Source: Callorhinchus milii (Eukaryota). Taken from it: a stretch of 64,000 nucleotides of DNA. Location: the NCBI RefSeq assembly GCF_018977255.1, contig NW_024704742.1, positions 132,434,001 through 132,498,000 on the forward strand, read 5' to 3'. Shown in pieces: positions 27,711-40,048 of this stretch; position 1 is the stretch's first letter; every line of letters begins with the position of its first letter. The notes under the pieces are model-generated. The model saw only the letters and a list, made by a program, of their open reading frames with translations, was not told the DNA's origin and made no database searches. A program made the position numbers and the translations under genes.

Positions 27711-28922
27711 TTCATACCTCCCAAGTTCACTGTTAGATTCAGATAATCTGCAGGGTGAATCTTAAAAAACTGTGCCTCAATTAAAACATGAGGGAGAAAG
27801 CGACCAATCAGAAGGATTCAGGTCACAACCCTCAATGCTTAGACCATCAGATATTTACTGACCCTGTCACTGCAATTTTCATTTGTCCAGAGTCATTATC
27901 CTCAATCATATCCGACTGAACAAGTATCTTGGCGCAATAGACTGACTCACTGTATATTAATATTGCACAGTACCGTCAGCTAAGCTGAAATACAAAAAAT
28001 AGATCTCTGAGTGTAACTGTCTAAAGGGAGCCAAGTGAATCATCAGTATACCCAAATAGTTCTACAAATATACATTTATAATTTAAATGCGTTTTGAAAA
28101 TTGGAATTTTAAAAAAAACTTATTTCTGATCTGGTAAATGGAAAGAAATGGAACAGAGGGAAGGTTTTTATTTCATACCTGCATCACAGAAGTATTGAGA
28201 TGAGATATTTGATTTCCGACACAAATTTTTTTTATACAAATGAACATTGTGCTCACATGTGTAGAACCTACAATACAAAACGGACCTGGGACTTCTGTTC
28301 TTTGGTGTTTATTAATTTCATTTTTCAAGTTTTTTTTAGCAATTTTCAAATTCTATGTAAATCCCCAAAGATCAAGATTTTTTGAAGCTTTAGCTTTTTA
28401 TACACAATACAAAATTACATTTGTATAGCGCCTTTCACGTTTGGAGGACATTCCAAGGAGCTGGGGGTTTATACAGTAAACTCCCAGCTATCTGGATATC
28501 ACTCATCCGGAATTTGGACTAAGGCAGACCAGATCCGAAAAACAATTCTACACGCTAAAAATCCATTCTGTGTTTCAAACTCCCATGTTATGCCCTCAGT
28601 TCGACACTGATTTGTGTATCTGCAGGTATCAAAAGTGGTGGGGAGAATTATTTTATTTGTTTTAAATGTAAGGATTAGCAGTAAGCTGAAAAAAACGGGT
28701 TGCTGAACTGGATGTCTCCGACCCCCCCCTCCCCCATTAGTCTGGTTAGCCGGGGGTTTAGCCCACTATAATGAGAAGATTCTTTTGGATCCTCTTCTCC
28801 AGACATGCCTGTGGACACGGAAAAGAGAGAGCCGCCTTCACAAATTTGCAGTGCCTCCCTCCTCTCACATGCACACCCTTCACCAGCCCCACCTGTGCAC
28901 ATAGATAAGGAGGAGACGGAGA

Positions 28923-29165
28923 GCAACAACAACAAATTACATTTATATAGTAACTTTCATGTCAGGAAGTCAGCCCAGGTGCTGTACGGTCGAGGGTTTG
29001 CACTTGAGCTTGGATTTGGAATCAAGAAGGATGAAGGGCAAGGGGTTGGGACCAAAGGCACAGTCAAAGAGGAAGGTCTTGAGACGAGCCTCCAAGGAGG
29101 GAAAAGGGAGTTCCAGAGGATGAGTGCCCAACAGCCAATAATAGGGCGGGCAGTGCGGGGGGAAA
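28923..29165 (-). mobile_element. L2 family A 3' fragment
   Basis: LKTFLFDCAFG peptide plus (AAC)n tail. Confidence 0.78.
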
Positions 29166-29526
29166 GAGTGAGAGCAACACATCTGCACTCACCACGGCGC
29201 CACTGGAACCAGCAAGAGAGAATAAGAACATCTCGCTCAAGTCACCATTTCTGATGTTTATTGGAGAAATGCCAATTTGTTTTTTGTATCGCGAATATTT
29301 ATCGGTTGAAAGCAAAAATCAGAGGCTCTAAACATAACACAACAAACATGCTAGCAAGAGGATTCAATTATTATCAGATTAATTTAAGTATCAACATTTC
29401 ATCAAAAGTCAAGTTGTCCTCTTCAACATTATAATGAATTATTGTTGGAACAAATTGTCTAAGACAACCAAAATTCCCTTCATTTAAAAAAAGAACGAGT
29501 TAACCTTGACAGAAATTCTAACTCAC

Positions 29527-29626
29527 CGATTTTCATCTGTAATGGGGATGGCTTATAATTCATCGCTACAGTCTCACCCTCTCGGTTGTCACACTCAACT
29601 TCAGAGACAGAAGTGGCTGTGGGGTC
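29527..29626 (-). CDS. FAM219A: FAM219A coding exon 2 (100 nt): DPTATSVSEVECDNREGETVAMNYKPSPLQMKI(E)
   Basis: Acceptor ctaaacag|GAC, donor ATCG|gtgagt, phases 0 to 1. Contains the conserved AMNYKPSPLQ motif. Found by manual translation; this frame is not in the ORF track. Confidence 0.95.
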
Positions 29627-29902
29627 CTGTTTAGAATTATAAGATGAGTTAGAATTACAATGCCTAAATAATTTGCCCTTTCATGTAAAAACAACAAGTA
29701 TTTATATAGCTCCCCTCTCGCAGGGTAGCTTCCAGGAGTGCTTGACAGTGGAGGAGCACAAAGCGAAACCACGGGAGGTGACACAACCTAAAGATGGGAA
29801 AGGAGGTGGCAAGATGGAGGGATTGATGAAGTATTCCAGAATTTTGGGGTGTAGTAGCTGAAAGTGCGGCTATCGATGGCAGATCGGAGGGTACGAGGGA
29901 AG

Positions 29903-30700
29903 CAACAACAACAACAAGATTCCATTTATAGAGCGCCTTTCATGTTGGGAGGACGTCCCAAGGCGCTGTACAGTTGGGTCAGGACCCGAGCAGCGGGGAA
30001 ATGATCAGGGTAAGGGGAGGGAAGGGAGGGAGCGAAGAGGGGGTAGAGAGTCGAGAGGGGAGCTGAAGGCACGGTCAAAGAGAAAGGTCTTGAGACCGGC
30101 CTTGAAGGAGGAAAGGGAGGAGGCAAGGCGAAGCAACTGGGGGATAGAGTTCCAGAGCCTAGGGGCTGAGAGGCTGAAGGCCCAGCCACCGATGGTAGGG
30201 CGGTTGGGGCGGGGGATGTGGAGCAGACCGGAGCCAGAGGAACGGAGGGTACGGGCAGGTAGTAGGGAGATAGTAGGTCAGAGAGGTTGGAGGGAGCAAG
30301 GCCGTGAATGGCCTTGGAGGTGAGGATGAGGATCTTGAATTCGATCCTCTGGGGGATGGGGAGCCAGTGGAGGCGAGCGAGGGTGGGAGTGATGTGGTCC
30401 CGAAGCCTGGTGCGGGACAGTACACGAGCTGCAGAGTTCTGAATGACCTGCAGTGTGGAGGGAGGTGGCGGGAAGGCCGGCGAGGAGAGAGTTCCCGTAG
30501 TCCAGCCTTGAGGTGATAAAGGCGTGGACCAGAGTTTCAGCAGCGTGAGGGGTGAGGTAGTGCCGTAGTCTGGCGGACGGCAGGCGGCCGGAGCCAGTTG
30601 AGCGGAGGCAATGGTTAGTGGGTTCGGGAGTAAGCAGCTCAGAGAGGAAGGGAGGAACCTGAAGACAAGTGTGGGGATCTTGAAATTGATCCATTAGGTG
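29903..30700 (-). mobile_element. L2 family A fragment, close relative of 21109-21830
   Basis: [24 protein letters not shown] peptide. Shares diagnostic 3' sequence aacaagattccatttatagagcgcctttca. Confidence 0.88.
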
Positions 30701-30702
30701 AT

Positions 30703-31075
30703 AGTCCTGTAGCTCAGTGGTTAGATCACTTGCCTCGCAAGCGAGAGACTGAGGTTTGAGTCCCGGCAGGGCGAAATGTTGGGCAAGTTTCCTTACTCCA
30801 CACACCTCTGTTTACGATGTCAGAACTTTATAAAGAAGCTTAGTTGTTAGTCGATTGGCGGATCGCTTTTCCAGAGGTAAAAATTCCTTAAAAATAAAAA
30901 TAAATTGGTCACTTCAATCCACGATTGTTTGTGGAACACTGCTGTGTGCAGTTGGCTGCCACATTTCGCCCACAAAATATACAGTCAATTCACTTCACAG
31001 TATATTCTGTAAATCGCTTTGAGACATCTCAAAGACATGCAAAGGCGCTATATCAAATGCAAGGATTATTACTAT
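30703..31075 (+). mobile_element. Full-length SINE (long variant)
   Basis: tRNA head, central domain and tail all present. Confidence 0.88.
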
Positions 31076-32499
31076 AGCCAGTGGAGCCTGGCAAGGACTG
31101 GCGTGATGGGTGTACGGAGTTTAGTGCGGGTGACTATGTGGGTGACGGGGTTTTGAATTAACTGGATTTTGTGAATAGTAGAACTGGGGGACCGGTGAGG
31201 AGAGCATTTGAGTGGTCATTCTGAAATGCATTTGGATTTAAAACACCTCAAAGCTCTCAACAAATTTAATTTAAATTTAAGAGTGACTAGCTCCAATGCG
31301 GAGTTGGCATGGTACAAAAGACCTATATCAACGCTAAATTAATACAATCACAGAAGAGCAAACCAACACCTGAAACCCACATTACAAGAGGACAAATAAA
31401 AAAAATTGAATCAACACAATTTTATATGAACAGTTTTGTTAGACAATAAAAAATTTTGATAGCCAATATAACTAGTGATAGCTCACTAGTTCTGAATGGA
31501 CTATTCTACTCCCAATTACAGTTCTAAACTTTCAGGCACATTCCATGAAAAATTAACATTATTTTAATTTTGAAACTTAATATTTGAAGAAGCAAATAGT
31601 CAACTTAGTATTCAGGATAAATCCCTCATATGTAAATACTTTGCAATGTATTAATTACATATTTGGCAATCTGGTTCTTAAGATTTCTATCCAATTATTC
31701 ACTGGAATACAAATATTGATATAATGTGCAATTATATAAACAAGAAATTATCACAGAAGTGCAATATGTCTGGACTTGGTTTTAAATCATCCAGGAGGCT
31801 CTGATTTAGGGGGAAATTTTTGGTCAGCTGAGTGTCTTGACACATACCATCACCATGCTTAAGACTATCCCATCTATTCATGGATATTCCACAGATATTT
31901 ATTGGAATGGAATGCACACTCTCTCCCTGGAGGGACGCATCCTGCTTAGCTAAACCCAGAAAGTACTTAGTCCAGGTTGGCAAGAGCCGAAGTTTGGGGA
32001 CCCAACCAAATTTGGTTAAAATTCAATAAAACTTAATAAATTACAGAAAGTCACCCAAGGCCTCAATTTAGCCACTAAATGGCATCAGTCACTGATGAAT
32101 TTAACCATTTATTATGTGATGGCACACTTCTTGAATTAGCTCATAAAATCTGTCTCAATACACGAGGCAAACACCAAAGTACAACAGAATTTAAGAACTT
32201 ACATTTTTATAGTACGTTATACATTAAAACTTCTCAAAGAGCTTTACAGTAATTGTCACATATAATAGCTTTTTGAGGGTTGACAAATGCATCAGCCATT
32301 TTGGGCACAGCAAAAACCCCAAAACAGCCACGATGGGAAGACAGATTAATCTGGAAGATTGCTCGCTAGTGAAAAAAAAGGTTTGCTCAAGTTCAAAATA
32401 ATGCATTCTTAAAAAAAAGCCACTAAGTATTTGGGCCAGATACTCGTATTCAGCCTAGGTGATCTAGAATTTTTTTTATAATTAAGAGTGGTTCTGAAA

Positions 32500-34170
32500 A
32501 AGGAAGTACGGCCTGCAGGCCCTCCGCTTCCACCTCGAACAGCGGCCTAACCATCCACCACCACCCTCCTCCGCCTGGCTGAACTTGTTCTGACATTGAA
32601 CAACTTCACCTTCAACTCCAACCACTTCCTCCAAATAAAAAGTGTCACTATGGGAACCTGCATGGGTCCCAGCTGCGCTTGCCTATCTGTGGGTCACCTG
32701 GAACACTCTTTGTTCCGGGCATACTCAGGTCTCAGATACATCGACGACTGTGTTCGGTCTGCTTCCTGCTCATGTAGTGAGTTGGAAAAATTCACCAATT
32801 TCGCTTCCATCTTCCACCCCTCCATAACATTTACATGGTCCATCTCCGACTCTTCCTTTCCTCGACTTCACCCATTTCCATCTTGGGGCTTAGATTATCA
32901 ACAGATATATTTTACAAGCCCAACTCCCACAGTTACCTGGACTACACCTCCTCCCACCCCACCTCCTGTAAACACTCCATTCCCTTTTCCTCCGCCTCTG
33001 CCGCATCTGCTCTGACGATGCCACTTTTCACACCAGAGCAGCTGAAATGTCTTCCCTTTTCTTCGACCAAGGATTCCCATCCACTGTGATAAGCAGGGCC
33101 CTTGACCATATCCACCCTATTTTCCACAACTCTGTCCTCACCCCTTCCCCCTCTTCCCAGAACCGTGATAGGGTCCCAGTAGTCCTTACTTTCCACCCCA
33201 CCAGCCTCAACATCCAAAAAATAATTCTCCACCATTTCTGGCACCTCCAGCGTGATCCAACCACTAAACATATCTTTCCCTCCCCTCTCAGCATTCCGAA
33301 GGGACCATTCCCTCCATCACCACCAACAGTTACTCTCCTCTCACCGGCACCTTCCCATGCAGCGCAGGAGATGCAATACCTGCCCTTTCACCTCCTCCCA
33401 CTCCACTGTCCAGGGTCCGAAACACAGATTTCAAGTGAGACAGTGATTTACATGTACTACCACCAATGTAGTTACTGCATTTGCTGCTAACGATGTAGTC
33501 TCCTCTACATCGGGGAGACGAAATGCAGATTGGGTGATCGATTTGCTGAACATCTCCATTCTGTCCGCGAGCACAACACTGGGTTTCCGGTTTGTTGCCG
33601 CTTCATTTCTCCCTCCCACTCACACTCTGACCTCTCCATCCATGGTCTCCTACACTGTTCCACTGAGCTACAGCGCAAGCTCGAGGAACAGCATCTGATT
33701 TATCTGCTAGGGACCTTACAGCCCTCTGTTCTCAATATTGATTTCAACAATTTCAGACCATAACAGCTCACCTTCCCCCACCCCCCCCTCTTCTGTGACC
33801 ATTACCACATCATCTGGGTCCCAGACACACCTTTTCACTCTCTGGTCTGCGTATTTTGTTGCAATTTCCCTCCCACCCCCTTTGTTTTGCATTATTAACA
33901 CCTCTATTCCCCTGCTTTGTTGCAATCCCCCACTTTTGTTTTGCATTACTAACACCTCTTTTACCCATCATCCCCTGTCCTCTACCCCATTTCTCCTTTG
34001 CCTTCCTTCCCTGCCTCCCCCCTAACTGTTAGCCCTTAAAAGCTTCTCCTTCCCAACATGCCCCAGTTCTGACGAAGGGTCGTGGACCCAAAATGTTGAC
34101 ACACTTTCCTTTCTCCATAGATGCTGCCTGACCTGCTGAGTGTTCCCAGCGACTTCTGTTTTAGTTTCTG
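32500..34170 (+). mobile_element. Decayed Penelope-like retroelement (partial RT plus GIY-YIG endonuclease and 3' terminal region)
   Basis: Frames give LNNFTFNSNHFLQIKSVTMGTCMGPS, LRYIDD and YIGETKCRLGDRFAEHL...RKLEEQHLIYLLGTLQPSVLN. These are typical PLE RT and GIY-YIG motifs, broken by stops and frameshifts. Confidence 0.88.
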
Positions 34171-35439
34171 AAAAAAGAAGCTTTGAATCCAATATAATTT
34201 CCAGAGTTCGTTTCAAAAGGAAATTCTTCAATAAATTTAGTTAAGATCAGAGTAATGAGATAACAACTGGCTTGCTGTTTTTTATGAAAGGTTAAGACCC
34301 AATCACTTACAAAGAGAAGCTAGAAGTAGATAACAGCCACTTAAGATTCTTTAATTAGTCCATTTTTTAACCATAAATTTCATGTTGCATTGGACAACAA
34401 ATTAAACAAAATAAGTGCCTTTATTGAACTCAGTCATGACACATTTCTCAATTGTACCAATGAAAAACAGTTAGATGTTTTACAAAGACCAGAGTATTTA
34501 GGTAAGATGCAGGACTTGGAAGTCAACAGAATAGGCCCACATTATAAACTAATTCCTCGATTCCCTGGCCAACAATCCTCCAAATAAAATTGGTCACTCA
34601 CTTCATGGCTGTTTGCCATTGCTGTGTGCAAACTCGGTGCTGGGTTCACATGCAAATATATTGCCACTACAATTCACAGTAAAATCCTTTGAAGGGAGTG
34701 CTTTGAGAAGTCTCGACAATGTGATAAGGTACAATTATAACGTAAGTTATTATAGGTAAGGATTTTCTCTTTCATCAGATAGACAAAGTATACCTGTAAC
34801 AATACAACAACTTGCATTTATATAGGGAGCCCTTTACGTGGGACAGCAAACTCGTTTATCATATGTCGGCAATTGGCTCAAGATCTATGCTACTATGTAA
34901 AAATTTGAAGAATGCTTGCTCATATGTGGCCATGTTCATCTTTACTTGTAGGGGCAAGGGATAGTTTTTTCTCATTAGGTTCAGATCGCTCCAGTCAGTG
35001 CAAGACATGGCAATGATGTGCTAAACAGCATCTTACTGAGATGCACTTTCTTTGGTTCTAATACAGTAAACCCCTATCTTACTGGACTTTTACTGGACTC
35101 TGGCTTTCGGAATACGTACCTAGTCGGACAGGGTCCAAAACGGAAATGTTTTTAAAACATTCAATGGGCCCATGTTCATGTAGACATCGGCTGGCTCATC
35201 TATCCTAGCTGCGACCCCACCTCACAGTCCTTGCTGCCTTCAGTGGCCAGGACATTGACTTTGACTCAGTTTGAAGCCTGCATGCAGAAAATAGCTTACT
35301 CGCCATCTTCTGCTTGCAGGATTCAAGCACAGGTACGGACATCGTAATTACACTTAGGTGGAATTTCCGCTTGCCGGACCAGATCTGTATTAAGTGAGTA
35401 TTAATAATGAACTTGAATTTTGATATAAATCCCCACTGT

Positions 35440-35760
35440 TTGATCCTAAGCTTTGTAAAAGTGCCAGAAGAAGCCTCGCATCTGCAATCCCTGGAGCTCA
35501 AATCCATAAAGGAGAACTGTTTGTATGCGGACCTTAAATACCAAAAGCATAACCTACATTGGTACCTTGGGTCCTTGAGGAGAGAGAAGCATGCATGACC
35601 AGAGTGCCCTTCGCCCCTTCTCTGTGTAGTCCTTCAGGACAGTGTCCACCATAAAACTCAAGTACCGATAAGAATCAACAATTGGGACTGATGCCTTTGT
35701 ATTTTCTAATCGATAGCCTCGACGCTTGCTCTTGAACCATGCAGAATCATGATTCTGTGT
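35440..35760 (-). mobile_element. Ancient non-LTR retrotransposon RT C-terminal fragment (RTE/RTEX-like)
   Basis: Minus frame reads VPIVDSYRYLSF...KGRRAL...*VMLLVFKVRIQTVLLYGFELQG, resembling the V..Y.YLG and LLYG.E.WG LINE motifs. Confidence 0.5.
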
Positions 35761-36329
35761 CTGGGCACACCCACCATCATGTCCCACCAGGTGGCCCAGT
35801 GTTCAAGATGGCGATGGCACAAAAAGTCCCCCAGCACCACAATATTATCTACAAACAGAAGTGCCGCAATCCTGTTATATAGGCCTCAAACAGATATAAA
35901 ACGTGAAACAGAAATGGCCGCCTTGTGCTGACAATTCGATCGGCATAAGAACTAACAAGCAGAAAATGAACCCTTTGTTTCCAGCAGTGCATGAACATCA
36001 GTAATGTATTATTATGTTCTGAGGGGAAAAAAACATTTTGTGACTCAATTATAATGCCATGAAAACTGTCCAATATGTACAATAAATACCACAAAGACTG
36101 TTGCTGCCTTTTTTTGTTTCTCCCTCCCCTCCTCCCTCTCATGTGATTATTATTAGTGACCCAGATAGTGGTAGATCCCAGGAGTCGCAGTTGAACTATG
36201 CAATAATTACCATAAGATGAAAACATGTAATTTTACTTAGTTAAACAAAACACGCAGGTAACCAAACGAGGTATTCAACCCAAACCAACACACACACTCA
36301 GGATCGAGTTTAATAGTTTAATAACAGAA

Positions 36330-36880
36330 TGAGGTTGAGGAGGAGGAAGGAGAGAGGACAACTCAAAGATGAATCTTCCAAGGATAAATAGAAATCCTTC
36401 AAAAAAAAAGGACGAGTGCATTAGAAGCAAATTAAACAAAATACCAAAAGATCAAGAGGAAAGTTAAAAGGGAGATTAAATTTAAAAATGCAAGATTTAC
36501 AAATCTTGTGAGAAAGGAAAAACATTGCGCTGCAGAAAAGGATATATGCAGAAGCAGCTTTTAAAAAAAGTTTAGTGAATCTAAGAGTAACAGAAAGCGA
36601 CATAGCAGCAGATGAAAAACATTTTTTCACCAATATTCTAAACAGCAAGAGGGTTGGAGGGACAACATTGGTATCCTAAGAGATGCAAAGGGAGTTCAAA
36701 ATAAGGCCAAACAGGCAATAGTAAGCATATACAATGAGCACTTCTTGGAACGTTCTCTTCAAACAAGGAAATTTAACATCCAATCCATGTAGTGAGCACT
36801 CGAGATATGCTCAATGAACTGAAAATAAATGCACAGCTTTACTTTACCCTCAGCATATTCAAAGACAGGAAATGTGTGCC
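36330..36880 (+). mobile_element. Highly decayed CR1 ORF2 internal fragment
   Basis: A-rich. Translation resembles the CR1 linker (..K.FF...NSKR....IG.L.D.KG). Confidence 0.5.
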
Positions 36881-37399
36881 ACCAAGTCAACCTTTATTTT
36901 TGATGTTCAAGTTATATTCAAGCTGCACAGTGCTCTCGTCAGGTGATCTCTTGAGTACTGTGTAAAGTTCTGGCCATTGGAAGATAATAAATAATAATAA
37001 AGATCCTTGCATTTGATATACATTTGAAGCCTTATCATTTCTTTGAGATGTCTCAAAGCGCTTCACAGAATATACTGTAAAGTGAATTTACTGTATATAT
37101 TGTGAGCGAGCCTATGCGCATGTCCCTGATGAATTGCAAAAGAATGCAATGAAAACCATCTCCAGAGGCTGGAATGAGTAATGCGGAGTGGAAAAGTAGG
37201 CTCATCTGCCTCAATGAGGCGGCTCCAGCAGGAATTTTACACACAATGCTTAGCAAGATAGACAAAGTATACCTGTAACAATACAACAACTTGCATTTAT
37301 ATAGGGGGCCCTTTATGTGGGACAGCATCTCAGAGTGCTGAACAACAGCATATCTGACCCAGAGCCGGGGAGAAAAGGGAGGTGATTCTAGGGTTGTGA

Positions 37400-37577
37400 A
37401 CAGATTATTTAGTCACTCAATCCACGACTGTTTGTGGGACACTGCTGTGCGCAATTGGCTGCTGCTTTTCGCCCACAAAATACAGTCAATTCACTTTACA
37501 GAATATGCTGTGAAGTGCTTTGAGGTCTCAATGACATGATGAGGCACTATATCAAATGCAATGATCATTATTATTAT
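37400..37577 (+). mobile_element. SINE 3' part (another - strand piece lies at about 36985-37110)
   Basis: gtgggacactgctgtgcgcaattggctgc domain plus tail. Confidence 0.8.
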
Positions 37578-37844
37578 ATACTGTTCAGCAGATTTGGCAA
37601 ACAAATGTTCTCAAGCTTAGATGGCATTTAACACCTAAGTTTCAAATTTTGAGATAAAGAACAAAGAAAGTATGGGTAACCTAAAGTGTATAGTTCAAGG
37701 GCATTGGAAATAAAAGCAAGGAAGTGAAGTTACTTCCATTTATGTTTTCTCCAATGTTATCCTGGAGGCCAATGATACACCCCACCGCCAGTATCCCACC
37801 CCATCCCTCTCCTGCTTGTCTCCCATATCTTTCATTACTTTCAT

Positions 37845-39020
37845 TGCTCTGCTGCCCGCATTCTCACCCGCATGAAACTCCGCTCACCGATCACCCCAGT
37901 CCTTCCCAGACCGCTCTAACTGCCTATCCGAGAGAGGATCGATTTCAAGATCCTCACCCTTGCATTCAAGTCCCTGCACTCCTCTGCACCCCCCCCAACC
38001 TCTCTGACCTCCTCTCTCCTCAAAGCAGTACCTGTTGCCTTCGTTCCTCTGGGTCTGGCCTCCTCCTCGTCCCCCAAGTCCTCCGCTCCACCCTCGGCGG
38101 TCGTGCCTTCGGCCACTATGCCCCGAGGCTCTGGAACTGCCTTCCTCACTCCCTTCGCCTCACTCCCTCCCTTCCCATTTTCAGGTCTCTGCTGAAGACC
38201 TTTCTTTTTGACGGCGCCTTTGGTCACCTTCCTCCCCCTCCCCCTGGCTCGGTCCCGGGATCCATTACTGTTAAAGCGCTCTGAGACGCCGCCCGACTTG
38301 GAGGGCTCTATATAAATCCAAGTTGTTGTTGTTGTACTTCTCCAACAATTTCTCCTTCTGCCTCACACGGTCACCTACCCTGTCCCTCAAGGCTCTGCTC
38401 TCAGACCCCTCACTCTCTTTTCCTTATTTATAGGCTTCCTCTTGGTGACATCACACATTCCATATATACGTATACAGCACCCAACACTACTTTTCTTCCT
38501 CTAGTCACGAACCCAGGATCACTGATGATCTGTCTGCTTGTTTATCAGATATCAAGCCCTGGATCAACAGCAATTTTACATGGACAATACAGAATTTCAC
38601 CCACAAAATATACCATCAATTCACTTTATAGTATATTCTGTGAAGCGTTTTGAGACGTCTTGAAGATGTAATAAGGTGCTATATCAAATGCAAAGATTAT
38701 TATTATTTCTATATATTATTTGTATGGAATTCATTCTCCTTGGCTCCTGCCAACATGCCTTCAGCTCCTGTTCTGACCTCAACTTCCTTGGCCTATCTCT
38801 CAAGCTCACTGAATTACTGGAAACCTTGGCATCCAGCTTGATCCTTGCTGACTTTCCTACACCACATTTGGTTCCTGACCAGGACCACTTTCCTCCATCT
38901 GCGCCACATTCGACTCTCTTACTCCAAAAAACAGCGAAAACCTCATTCATGTATTTGTCATCTTCTACCTTGATTTTTCAAATGCACTTCTTGCTGGTCT
39001 TCCAACTTTCTACAACTTTG
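37845..39020 (+). mobile_element. L2 family B 3' fragment (37845-38335) followed by an older L2 RT fragment with a SINE piece at about 38595-38705
   Basis: RSTLGGRAFGHYAPRLWNCLP...LKTFLFDGAF peptide and (TTG)n tail. Downstream there is a degenerate VPQGS region. Confidence 0.82.
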
Positions 39021-39661
39021 AAACAAATCAATGCCATAAGTATTCTCAGCAACACCCAGTTCTGGGTTTGCAGCTCCTCTTTATACAGCGTGAAAAGTGA
39101 GTATTTTGTCAACACTTGGTCAAACTAACATACTTACAATAGGCTACAGTCATTCACACAGCTGGCTAGTTGTATATAGTTGGAAAGACTGCTGATGTTG
39201 AGCTTCAAAAAGATTGTTTTTTCGGAAAGTTAGTAGGAGATGATACAGAAAAGCTGACTGTATAGGTTTTGTGTGATTATTGGGAGGGGGAGGGAGGGGA
39301 CACGGTTCAGGAAGCAACAGTTATGCTAAATGGCTACTGCTAAATAAAATTGCAGTATACAAGACTCGGTACATTTTAGCCAAAGATGCTTGTTACAATG
39401 GGTATGTTCTGTACTGTAGCATCAAGAAAACACTGTGCTGCTGCAATCTAAATTCAAGTTAAACAGTACGCAAACATCCCAATTGAGTTTAATGAATAAG
39501 TGACATGTGCACAATATGGATGTCAGCTGGTAGTGCACACACTTGTGGGACAGGATGCTAGTTATGGATTAATTATTTATGAACATTATTTATAATTAAA
39601 TCATTTCATCTACTTTAAACATCAGAATGCCAATTCACATTATCTAACAAGGATTTTTTGA

Positions 39662-40048
39662 AAACAACAATGAAATTACATTTGTATAGCGCCTTTCACA
39701 TTGGGAGGACGTCCCAAGGCGCTGGACAGTATCGGACCAGAGCTGGGGGTCGGGGTCGAGGAGGGTGGAAGGCGGGGGCGGGGGGGGGGAAGCAGAGAGA
39801 TCGAGAGCACGGTCAAAGAGAAGGGTCTTGAGGCTGGTCTTGAAGAAGGCAAGGGAGGGGATGAGGTGGAGGGACTGCGGGATGGAATTCCAGAGGGTAG
39901 GGGCAGAGTGACAGTCGGCCCCTCCGCCAATAATGAAGCGAGCGAGACGGGGGACGTGAAGCAGGCCAGAGCCCACTGAGCGGAGGGAGTGGGCAGGATG
40001 GTAGGGGGTTAAGAGGTCGCAGAGGTAAGGGGGAGCAAGACCATGGAG
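39662..40048 (-). mobile_element. L2 family A 3' fragment
   Basis: LHGLAPPYLCDLL...APTLWNSIPQSL...FKTSLKTLLFDRA peptide. Confidence 0.87.

Noticed and set aside
28473..28560. Tigger-like terminus (TA|cagtaaactccc...; similar at about 35063)
   Set aside because: I could not find the matching opposite TIR, so element boundaries cannot be supported.
32596..33763. Active RT/endonuclease system
   Set aside because: Multiple stops, frameshifts and deletions. It is a dead Penelope-like copy.
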